NCBI GenBank assembly: GCA_963706285.1
Contig: CAVPLU010000010.1
Location: 32,001-96,000 of the forward strand
Origin: Candidatus Bathyarchaeota archaeon
GTDB taxonomy: Archaea; Thermoproteota; Bathyarchaeia; 40CM-2-53-6
Direction of reading: 5' to 3'
DNA: 64,000 bases
In this document: piece after piece, positions 11,156 to 20,650 of the stretch
Layout of the letters: every line of letters starts with the position of its first letter
Position numbering within the stretch: the stretch's first letter is position 1
The notes under the pieces: generated by a model
What the model was told of the DNA's origin: nothing
What the model saw: only the letters and a program-made list of their open reading frames with translations
The model's database searches: none
Position numbers and translations under genes: made by a program

Positions 11156-11566
11156 TCGCGTCTGCTCCAGGCAAAGGCGATAGAGATATCGGCAATAAAC
11201 CGAACGGTAGAACACGAAAGCTGGGAACAGAAGCCGTCATTTGGCCTTGCAAGGTAAACCAAGGAGTCACTCTTTGTTCGGTGCTTGATACACATCAAAA
11301 GAAATCGAGGCGACGGCGTGGTCAAGTATCTCTCAGTCATCCAAGCGTCGTTTCGCGGAAAAACGTGTCACAGGAGAAGCATCGCTTGGTACTCTAATTC
11401 TCATGCTCAGCCTCTTGGCATCAGTTGTCCGACATTTCTGCAGACAAATGTAAAGAATTCCGGAAATTAGTATCTATTTAGCATATATGGTCACACATAA
11501 AGAAAATACTATTTGCGAAGTTTCTTATAGTTTCCACACACTCTCGGTAGGTTTTGTGACCTCACC

Positions 11567-13341
11567 TTGACTTCTACCACTTCAGCCCTTGAGACAAAGT
11601 GGAATATGCCATTCATAACATTCGCTGCCTCTCTGGGCACGATGATTGATTGGTATGACTTTTACATTTTTGGTTCCTTGAGTGTTCTGCTATCTACCAA
11701 GTTCTTTCCACCGGGAGACCCTGTCATCGCGTTCTTGTCGACTCTGGCAGTCTTCGCAACGGGTTTTGCCGTAAGGCCTTTCGGAGCAGTCGTCTTCGGA
11801 AGGATCGGAGATCTCGTCGGAAGAAAGTACACGTTCCTGCTGACGATAGGCATCATGGGAACGGGAACAACAGCAATCGGCTTTCTACCCACGTACGAAG
11901 CAATAGGTATCTTCGCACCTCTGATACTGGTTCTTCTTCGACTTCTGCAGGGACTTGCACTAGGCGGAGAATATGGAGGGGCCGTGATCTACGTTGCGGA
12001 ACACTCCCCCGACGAGAAGAGAGGCTACTGGACCAGTTACATTCAAACAACTGCCACGTTCGGACTCTTTCTCTCATTAATGGTGATCCTTGGCACGAGG
12101 GGCCTTGTAGGAAATACCGTTTTCAATGACTGGGGCTGGAGAATACCATTCGCCCTATCAATCGTGCTAGTCGCGATGTCGCTTCTGATAAGATGGAGTC
12201 TAAGTGAAACTCCCCTGTTCAAACGCCTCAAGCAACAGGGCAGCCTTTCCAAAAGCCCAACTCGAGACAGCCTCGGCAACAAAAGAAACTGGAAACTCAT
12301 CCTACTAGCGTTGTTCGGAGCGACGGCGGGTCAAGGAGTAGTATGGTACACCGGGCAATTCTATGCGCTGTTCTTCCTGCAGACAGTCCTGAAGGTAGGT
12401 ATTGACATGTCGAGTATCATAGTCGCGGTGGCTTTGGCCGCGGGAGCCCCATTCTTCGTACTCTTCGGCTGGCTCTCTGACAAGATAGGTAGAAAACGAA
12501 TTCTTCTGGCCGGCAATCTGTTGGCAGTGATAACATACTTCCCAATCTACTACGCGATGCATGCTTTCTCGAACCCACCAAACTTTGCAGTCCTAACAGT
12601 CCTCGTTTGGGTTCAGGTGATATACGTCACAATGGTATACGGACCCATAGCAGCGTTCCTAGTGGAATTCTTCCCAGCGAAAATCAGATACACCTCTCTC
12701 TCAGTTCCCTATCACTTGGGAAACGGTGAGTTCGGCGGATTCCTCCCTCTCATAGCATCAACGATCGTCGTTGCTACAGGCAACATCTACGCGGGACTGG
12801 CCTACCCAATCGCCGTATCCGCAATGACCCTCATTGTAGGCGGGTTTTTCCTCAAAGAGACTCGGCACATCAAGATCTGGGATGAAGTCCGAGCTCCAAT
12901 GCCCATCGCAGTGCCAACCAAGAGAATCTCAAGAATTCTGATCCCAGTTGACGGATCAATAAACTCGGAAAGAGCTCTCGACTACGCAATATTCCTGGCG
13001 AAGAAATGCGAAGCGTCCTGGAAGCTGTCCACGTATGTCATGCTCCCCCACTTCCCACTTCAGATAAGGAGAGGGATTCCTTCCTTAGAATGCTCGACCG
13101 TGACGCAGACGCGATCTTGGATAAAGCGCAGAATCGAGCCAAGGAAGAAGGAGTTGTGATTGAAAAGCTCAAGGAAGTGGGTCACCCTGCAACTCGCATA
13201 CTGGAAGTCGCGAGCTCTCGCGAGCCCAGCCTCATAGTCATGGGAAGCCGAGGGATGAGCGGCTTCAAGGAGGCCGTTCTGGGGAGCGTAAGTCACAAAG
13301 TAAGCGAAGATGCCAAATGCCCAGTACTCATAGTACGCTAA
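11567..13341 (+). CDS. MHS-family MFS transporter fused to C-terminal universal stress protein domain (frameshift near 13015)
   Basis: DWYDFY and GLALGGEYGG; ILIPVDGS begins in the MFS frame and VMGSRG..LGSVS..CPVLIVR continues in ORF 13006-13341. Confidence 0.85.
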
Positions 13342-13716
13342 ACATCGACATGCTTTGAACCATATCCAGTGGATGCAATGGGTTAGTGCGAAGAGACTCT
13401 TGTAGGCATTACAGCTTCTCTCCGCTCTGAGACAAAAGCCAAGGTTACGGGTCCAGAACCGTGGATTCTCGACCTAACTAGACGACTCAAGTCGAATGAC
13501 AAGTAACGATTCCTGCCGTTGCGACCCTCGCAGTCATTTCTTGCCTCTGAAACAAACGCTCACGTGCGACTACCATCCAGATACTCGCGACATGTCTCGC
13601 TTCTTGTTGCGTGTTGTCAACGGTTTGAAAGAAGGCAACATCTATACATTCGGGCAGCATGACTCATCCTGAGATCTCCGAATCGAAACTGAGCATTGGG
13701 AGGCATTTGCGCAGAA

Positions 13717-14514
13717 ATGAGCCTAATCGGTAAGTCGATCCGACTAGAGCGGATAATGAACCGCAAGAACAGGAGGACAGTCATCGTTCCGATGGATCAT
13801 GGAGTCTCAGTTGGTCCAATCAAAGGCCTCGCCAACCTGAACGAAGTTGTTGACAAGGTTGCGGAGGGAGGCGCGAATGCTGTCCTCGGCCACAGAGGCT
13901 TACCCATGTACGGCCACAGACGATACGGTAGAGACATCGGACTGATCCTGCATCTCTCAGGTAGCTCCATGCTCAACCCGGACCCTAACAACAAGGTTCA
14001 GGTAATGACGGTTGAAGAAGCATTAGTGATGGGCGCGGATGCAGTGAGCGTCCACATAAACATTGGAGCAGACAATGAATCTGAAATGCTCAAGTCTCTA
14101 GGCACTGTTTCAAGGGACTGCGTGCGATGGGGCGTACCGCTCGTCGCCATGATGTACCCTCGAGGCAAGAAAGTCAAATCGGAGCACGATTTGGAGGCTG
14201 TGAAACTTGCGGCGCGGATCGGCGCCGAACTTGGAGCCGACATCGTCAAAACAAACTACACCGGCACCGTTGACAGCTTCAGAGAGGTCGTTAAGGGATG
14301 TCTAGCCCCAGTGATTGTCGCCGGAGGACCAAGAATGGAAACCAGCAAAGACGTGTTACAACTAATCTGGGAAGCCGTCGAAGCCGGAGGAGCAGGCGCC
14401 TCAATAGGTAGAAACGTCTTCCAAGCTCCTGATCCCACAAAAATGGTTAGAGCGATATCGCGAATCGTCCACGAAGGATACACTGTGGACGAAGCAATGA
14501 AAGAAATCGCTTGA
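13717..14514 (+). CDS. aroA': 2-amino-3,7-dideoxy-D-threo-hept-6-ulosonate synthase
   Basis: Class I aldolase motifs [20 protein letters not shown] and GRNVFQ; adjacent to DHQ synthase II. Confidence 0.9.
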   Translation: MSLIGKSIRLERIMNRKNRRTVIVPMDHGVSVGPIKGLANLNEVVDKVAEGGANAVLGHRGLPMYGHRRYGRDIGLILHLSGSSMLNPDPNNKVQVMTVEEALVMGADAVSVHINIGADNESEMLKSLGTVSRDCVRWGVPLVAMMYPRGKKVKSEHDLEAVKLAARIGAELGADIVKTNYTGTVDSFREVVKGCLAPVIVAGGPRMETSKDVLQLIWEAVEAGGAGASIGRNVFQAPDPTKMVRAISRIVHEGYTVDEAMKEIA

Positions 14515-14611
14515 GTAGTCAACCCTTGGACAATGTCAAGTTATTGACCGCATCGGCAAGCCTCACATGGTGTACAACAATTCCACTCGCCACAACAGCA
14601 GTGATCTCACG

Positions 14612-15612
14612 ATGATAGTGAAAGAAGTCTGGCTGCAATCAGAAACCGATCTCGAAGAGAACTCCGCCAGAGATCGACAATGTGATTGTGAAGGACAAGA
14701 CTAGAGATGGCAGGCGCGTGGTCAGACACAATATCCTAGAGGAACTCAAGCATGATCAGAAACTCATTCCTTGGATAACGATAGAATCTATGGGCGATGT
14801 GAATCTTGCCGCGAAGGCAGCCGAGCTAGGTGCAAAGGACATCATATTGTCAGGCAAGAACAACGCTTTCCCCGTAGGCATCGCTCTGGAGAAAGTAATT
14901 GCGGAGACCCAGAGATTCGGAACGAATCTGCATGCAAGCGTGAAGTCATTTGAAGAAATGCTAGCAGCTTCCCGAACATTGGATGTTGGAGTCAGCCTCG
15001 TGGTTAACGATGCCTCATTAGCTAGAATGTTCAAGGACTATTTTGCTCCGATGAAATTCGATCTAATCGCGACGCCGGTGAAGTCCGTGGATAGAGTTGG
15101 CGCCTGCTGGAGATCCTGCATCGACACAGGAGATATCATGAGCGTCGGCGAAGGAATGCTCGTAGGATCGACCTCCAGCGCATACTTTCTGGTTCATGCG
15201 GAAGTTCATCGGAACTGAGTATACTGGAAAAAGGGAATGGCGCTGCAACGCAGGCCCAGTATCGAACTACATCATCATCGACAAGCCCGCTGGGGCCGGA
15301 ATCAAGACGAAATATCTAAGCGAACTCAAATGCGGAGACAGCGTTCTCACCGTAGACAAAAACGGGAACGCTAGAAGAACAGTCGTAAACAGAAACAAGA
15401 TAGAGTACCGCCCCGCAGTCAAAATAACCACGGAAGTCGAGGGAAAGAGATACTCGGTGCTGCTGCAGGGCGAGAAGAGTATCCATCTCACCACGAAGGA
15501 TGGTAAGTGTGTCTCTGTTCTAGACAGCCTAGGCCAGGACGTCCTAATGTATCACACAAAAGGCGGAATGCATTTCGGAACCAAAGTTGAAGAAGGCATC
15601 TTCGAATACTAG
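14612..15612 (+). CDS. aroB': 3-dehydroquinate synthase II (frameshifts near 14660 and 15210)
   Basis: RSCIDT..GEGMLVGS..FLVHAE, NAGPV, KYLSEL, KIEYRP and GMHFGTKVEE across adjacent ORFs. Confidence 0.85.
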
Positions 15613-15678
15613 ACTAGTGCAGCACACTGTATCATAGAGCCTTCAGCAACACACACCTCATATGGGTCCCCTCGTTCT

Positions 15679-16254
15679 CTATCGCTTTTTGCCCTTCGCG
15701 GACTTCTTCGAGAAACCATGTATGCCTATTCTTTTGTGAAGATCCCAATATTCGCCCTGATTGTAAACGAATGGAGATACTTTCTTGAAATCGATTCGTC
15801 CCTTCTTGTCAAGCACCTTCTTGTCAACGTGAACACGGACGATCTTGCCAAGGAACAGATCGTGACTCCCTAACAAAATCTTCTCGCTAAGAAGACACTC
15901 CATATTCACCGGGCACTCTTTGATTAGCGGAGGTTTGACTTTCTGAGCACGTTCCGGTGTGAGCCCTGCTTCGGAGAATTTGTTCACATCTCTACCTGAG
16001 ACGAGCCCGCAGAAGTCCACCGCGCGAAGCATTTCCTTTGTTGGAATATTCACAACGAACTCTGCAGACCCTTCGATTAGACTGTACGATTGCCTCTCGG
16101 GCCTGATGCCTAACCCGATCATGGGTGGTACAGAACAGACTACCCCTGACCATGCCAAGCTGATTATGTCGGGCTTTCCGTCCGGACCCACGCAAGTGAC
16201 AAGAACGACCGGGCAAGGGAATAGAGCGGCCCACGGGGCCTTTTTCAATTTCAT
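15679..16254 (-). CDS. flavin reductase family protein (flavoredoxin-like)
   Basis: PCPVVLV, EFVVNIP, SGRDVNKF and GSHDLFLG motifs. Confidence 0.88.
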   Translation of the reverse strand: MKLKKAPWAALFPCPVVLVTCVGPDGKPDIISLAWSGVVCSVPPMIGLGIRPERQSYSLIEGSAEFVVNIPTKEMLRAVDFCGLVSGRDVNKFSEAGLTPERAQKVKPPLIKECPVNMECLLSEKILLGSHDLFLGKIVRVHVDKKVLDKKGRIDFKKVSPFVYNQGEYWDLHKRIGIHGFSKKSAKGKKR

Positions 16255-16478
16255 GAACGAACGCTGTGTAATACCTCTACTTGATCTTTACCTGCACATT
16301 CGTTCCAAGATTCGCGGCAAAACTGCCGGTTCTGGCGAGTTTGTCTCTGGATCTGGGTCTCTTGGTGCGCATCACCACCCCGGTTCTCAGGTCCTCTAAC
16401 ATTTATCGACTAGGAGAAGCGGCGATTCTCGCGTTCGCTCCTCCATGGGATGCTTAGAATGTTTCGCGGGGTGGTTGT

Positions 16479-16997
16479 GTGCTTAAGGGTACACATCTGA
16501 GAAGGGTGAATGCTTATTGGCGGTGCTCTGTTCGCGTGTCAGTTCTCATCATAGCGCATCTTGAGCGGATTGCTGTTAGGGAGCATTGGATGCTGTCAGA
16601 TCTGGCTAGGATGCTGATCTGCCTAGGCGCGGCTGGCACCTATCTGAGATTGGGAGATCCGGAAGTCTCGGACAGGTTCAAGACGTTGGCGAGCTTGGGT
16701 GGAGCACTCACCGCATTAGATACAACTTTGGGTCGAGTGAGTCGTCGCCATCACGCCTCTCGTGGGCTGGCTAGATCAGAATTGTTAGCTCTACGCCTAC
16801 CAACGGGTCTCACAAGCCTCATCACCACATATGCGAGGACTAGTGGGAGATCACGAAACGAAGCCTTGACGATGTTTCTGGAGCGCGGCTTAATCATCTA
16901 CCTGAAAGCAGAAAAGATACTACTAGAAACAATCCAATCAGTCGAAGCCGAGTCCGTCAAGAGAATGAAACCAGATGAAGCAGTCGCTGGTGTATGA
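16479..16997 (+). CDS. hypothetical protein with ribbon-helix-helix-like segment
   Basis: LALRLPTGLTSLITTYARTSGRSRNEALTMFLERGL fits the CopG/Arc RHH pattern; start uncertain. Confidence 0.5.
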   Translation: MLKGTHLRRVNAYWRCSVRVSVLIIAHLERIAVREHWMLSDLARMLICLGAAGTYLRLGDPEVSDRFKTLASLGGALTALDTTLGRVSRRHHASRGLARSELLALRLPTGLTSLITTYARTSGRSRNEALTMFLERGLIIYLKAEKILLETIQSVEAESVKRMKPDEAVAGV

Positions 16998-17459
16998 TTT
17001 GCAGGAGCCGTTCCGTTGGATAGCGGATGTTACTGTGATGGAAGCGTTCGAGTCCGGAGTGTTGGATTTGCCGGATTTCTATTTCACAGGTGACGATTAC
17101 AGGTACCGCTTTGAGCCTGAGGCTAGACAGCGATTCATCGATCTCATACGGACACGATTCAACACAGGCGTGAAGTACAAAGATCGAACTATGAAGCGGG
17201 ATACGGTCATCGAGAAGAAGGCAGTAGAGCTTGGCAGTCACCTTACAGGCAGCAACAGCAGGCTCGATTTTTCGGAACCTTCTCCCGATATGCATCGAGC
17301 AGACGATAAGGAGCTGCGGAGACGAATCCTCAGATCTATCTCGATCGAGACGCACGAACGCTTGGAATTGGAAGAAGCACCCTGCACTGCTTGAAACGTA
17401 GGGCGAATGAATCTCGTCCGTTCAAGATCTACAGGCCGGTTTGGAATATACTCGATTAA
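16975..17459 (+). pseudogene. cas1: Cas1-solo (casposase-type) C-terminal fragment with HTH
   Basis: KQSLVYDLQEPFRWIAD Cas1 motif; after a frameshift near 17340, ARTLGIGRSTLHCLKRRANESRPFKIY (HTH tail); N-terminal half absent. Confidence 0.85.
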
Positions 17460-18136
17460 TGGAGAAGAACCAAGTGAAGAGAAATCGCAAAAACGCATCT
17501 GCTCAAGGCAATGAGGACGAATAAAGCCACAGCATTAGTCGGACTCTGCTTCCGAGCACGATGTGGCGAAGATCTGTCTGGATTGACCAGAAACTATCAA
17601 GCGTCTGGCGGACGTCCGTGGTACATTCACGGTGTATCTGGCATATCTTCTTCAAAGGAGAATACATCAATGGAACGTCTAGAAGAATGTAACTTGCACA
17701 GCTGCGCAGAAATTGGTGCCAAAAACGCGCTGGAATGGCTCAGACGTACCAAAGGTCGAAAAGTATCTTGCGAGCTACGCAAGAGATCGCCAACCACAGA
17801 AGCAGCGCGACAGACGGTGCCGGCTAAACGTACGGATCTCGCCGTGAAGATCTGCATCAACTCATCAAGTGACTCGGCATTCGGCATACTGCTCGTAGCG
17901 TCAGTTCTATCGAACAGCGTTTGAACTCATAGCGAGCAAGGCAGGAAGCAAAACCGGGCTTGCGATACTTGACAAGAATCCGGTAAGACGGGACGGGAGA
18001 GATTCTACTTGAGCCGAAAGATCGTCGCGTGTGTATTGGACTCAGCGTCACGCTGCGAATCACTCGTTGGGTCACCCGACTTGCGGGGAGCAGGGATTTG
18101 AAACAAGGAGAACCGCTGGTGTGTGTACGAACTTGA

Positions 18137-18730
18137 TTGCAGGTAAACGGAATGTGGATCGGGAGCGGTCACTATTTGGACCTTAGGCTCGCTCATTGGC
18201 AGGTACAGGATGCTGAGAAGCTTGATCTTGCTGGACTCTCGGATGGTTTTCGCATTCGCGGTTTTCTTCATGCACTCGGAAGGATGGTCTATGACGTCGC
18301 ATACTCGATCGGATATCAATACGCCCTGGTACCCAGCAATTTCCTTTTCGACTGGGTGCATCGCGATTTGCTCTGTCTTATCTCCTGACATGGAGGTGGA
18401 TTGTCAGGGCATACCGAGACAAGTTCACGCGTTCTTTGCATGCTGACGGTGACCAGGATGAATCTGCCGTGGCAGATGTTGTCAAGGTCGCACACGGTAT
18501 CAAATCGAAGTGACTTCGTAGTTGGAATCATGCAGAACGTGGTCAACTCGAGCGAATTGCTGGTCTCTGTGGAACAATTTCCTTGGAAAGAAGATTCAAG
18601 ATTGGACGAACTAGTCAAGACCTTCTCAAACAACATCGCGGCAAGTATTCTACACTGGCGACGGCTATATCAGTCTCCGTCTCCATTATCACCCCAAGCA
18701 CCAATGCCGATCTGGAACAATCCAACGTAA
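18137..18730 (+). pseudogene. putative gene remnant with one in-frame TGA (18386-18388)
   Basis: ORFs 18137-18388 and 18401-18730 share a frame; no recognisable family. Confidence 0.25.
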
Positions 18731-18875
18731 AGTTCGTCAATCTTGTCCTAGAAATCGCAGCAGGCAAATATCTCTTTTAGGTCTTTGCCATCTAGGACGA
18801 TCATTCTGCGTTCTCCTTGCCAGGCTACCTTGACGGCCCCCAAGCACGCTGCAACCCATCCCCGGACAGGCGTTT

Positions 18876-19017
18876 TGTGTGTGGTACGCTTGGTGCGAGC
18901 ACCCGAATTTGAACCGTCGTGGTTGAGGTAGTGTGTGTGATACCCTTGGTGCGAGCATCGGAAATTGAACCCTTGATCGTCGTCGCCGCTCTTGGTGCGG
19001 TCATCCAAATTTGGACC
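18876..19017 (-). repeat. three degenerate direct repeats of a tRNA 3' end (25-bp core)
   Basis: TGGTGCGAGCACCCGAATTTGAACC (18891-18915), TGGTGCGAGCATCGGAAATTGAACC (18947-18971), TGGTGCGGTCATCCAAATTTGGACC (18993-19017); the first two also share an adjacent tgtgtgtgRtacSct. Confidence 0.75.
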
Positions 19018-19281
19018 GTCGTTCAGGCGTTGATTTTCAGTGCTTGCACGCACCAGTCAATGCAAACGCGACAACGAGTCGTTCATCTGGGTGGTGAGTG
19101 GAAATCCTCATTCTACTAGTCTGAGCTTTGAGTTCATACCAATACTGAGATTAACACCCGTGCTCCAATGCTGGCAATAGCTCTCTATCGCATGGAACAC
19201 ATCTTGCCAATGTCGCCCAGAAGTTTGTTAGGGATGGATGAAGGACTGACAGCGAGAGCCGCCATCGATGGGAGGTAGCCT

Positions 19282-20256
19282 ATGACACAGAGCGGTTCTA
19301 GAATAGCGGTCTTCGCGGCCATCATCGGCAACCTGATCATCGCGATCATCAAGTTCATTGCGGCGGCAATCACCGGCTCATCGGCCATGATTTCCGAGGG
19401 CATCCACTCGCTCGTCGATACGGGAAACGGTGTCCTCGTGCTGCTCGGAATGAACCGCGCCAAGCAGCCTGCCGATGAAACCCACCCGTTCGGCTACGGC
19501 AAGTCGCTCTACTTCTGGACGCACATCGTGGCGATCTCCATCTTCGGCATCGGTGGTGGCATGTCGCTGTACGAGGGCATCTCGCACATTCGCCACGTCG
19601 CACCGGACGCCGAGATGGGCGATCCCACGGCGGCCTACATCGTGCTCGCCATCTCGCTCCTGGTCGAGGGCGGATCATTCACGGTGGCCATCAAGCAGTT
19701 CCTGCAGGCCAAGGGCGATATGGGCGCCTGGCAGTTCATCAAGCAGTCGAAGGACCCGAGTCTCTACACGGTAGTGCTCGAGGACAGCGCGGCCATGCTC
19801 GGTCTCATCTTCGCGTTCCTCGGGATCTTCCTCGGCCACCTGTTCAACAATCCGTATCTCGACGGCGCAGCATCGATCGCAATCGGCCTGCTGCTGATGA
19901 GCGTGGCCGGGATCCTCGCGTCGCGGACCAAGGGTCTGCTGCTGGGCGAGGGCGTGAACCCCGACGAGCTCGCGGACATCCGGCGGCGCGTGGAGTCGGA
20001 TCCGGCGGTCGAGCGGGCCGGCGACATCCTCACCATGTACATGGGCCCGCACGATCTGCTCGTGAACATGGGGGTGTGCTTCGTTGCAGGTACCACGGCC
20101 GAGCAGATGCACGAGGCGATCCGCCGCATTGAAGCCGACCTGCGCAGCGCATACCCGGAGACCAACCGCGTCTACATCGAAGCCGAGTCGCTGCCGGTCG
20201 AGGAGACTGAGGGCTCTCTGAAAAAGCGTGAGGCTCGGTCATCTCAGATTGTGTGA
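19282..20256 (+). CDS. cation diffusion facilitator (CDF) family transporter
   Basis: SEGIHSLVD, HPFGYGK and VVLEDSAA motifs; GGAGGT Shine-Dalgarno at 19271-19276; high GC. Confidence 0.92.
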   Translation: MTQSGSRIAVFAAIIGNLIIAIIKFIAAAITGSSAMISEGIHSLVDTGNGVLVLLGMNRAKQPADETHPFGYGKSLYFWTHIVAISIFGIGGGMSLYEGISHIRHVAPDAEMGDPTAAYIVLAISLLVEGGSFTVAIKQFLQAKGDMGAWQFIKQSKDPSLYTVVLEDSAAMLGLIFAFLGIFLGHLFNNPYLDGAASIAIGLLLMSVAGILASRTKGLLLGEGVNPDELADIRRRVESDPAVERAGDILTMYMGPHDLLVNMGVCFVAGTTAEQMHEAIRRIEADLRSAYPETNRVYIEAESLPVEETEGSLKKREARSSQIV

Positions 20257-20540
20257 GGAATAGCCTAGCCTCATATGATTTCCATTTACAGTGCGTCGCT
20301 AGACTGATTGAATGAGATGTTTCTTCAATTTCCAAATTCAATAACGATATAGATGTAGAGGATTCTTCTACGCTTAGTTTTTTCACAAATCTATGTGCAG
20401 AAAGACAGGATTTGCGATTTCTAGTCTGTCTAATACTATTACACATATTTCTGGCGGAGAATTCTGCTTTCTAAGATAGTCTCTTCTGGCATCTAGGGGG
20501 CGCGTTTGGGAACAGAATTAGGAATTGTGTGTGAGTATGC

Positions 20541-20565
20541 TGGTGCGGGCGACCGGATTTGAACC
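20541..20565 (-). repeat. tRNA 3'-end fragment (att/TSD-like; Gly- or Leu-like acceptor)
   Basis: Minus strand GGTTCAAATCCGGTCGCCCGCACCA is T-loop, 3' acceptor strand and CCA; the tRNA 5' portion is absent. Confidence 0.8.
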
Positions 20566-20650
20566 ATAACGAATGGAGGAGCGTCATGCGTCTTCGCCGA
20601 AGTCTAGGTCCCGGACTAGGTGAAGCCGAGAAAGTGCAAGGCGTTCTGAA

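Larger units (their letters stand above)
16408..20610. mobile_element. decayed casposon-like / tRNA-hotspot island
   Basis: Cas1-solo remnant, RHH gene, tRNA 3'-end repeats, heterogeneous GC, imperfect inverted repeats at both ends, flanked by housekeeping genes. Confidence 0.55.

Noticed and set aside
13441-13465. tRNA-like variable loop/T-arm (aaggttacgggtccagaaccgt)
   Set aside because: No acceptor stem or CCA; too weak to call.
16361-16385. Fifth copy of the tRNA-end repeat (cttggtgcgcatc)
   Set aside because: Only about 9-12 bp match and no T-loop part; could be chance.
18386-18388. Selenocysteine recoding of the in-frame TGA
   Set aside because: No redox motif context, no SECIS seen, and the region is decayed.
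18876-19017. Canonical CRISPR array
   Set aside because: Only three close copies, degenerate, unequal short spacers, and the repeat is tRNA-derived; reported as a repeat instead.
19370-20165. Several overlapping alternative-frame and antisense ORFs in the CDF gene
   Set aside because: Expected shadow ORFs of GC-rich coding DNA; the same applies to most short nested ORFs in the track.
20541-20630. Intact tRNA gene
   Set aside because: Similarity stops at the T-loop; no matching 5' T-stem, anticodon arm or 5' acceptor strand.
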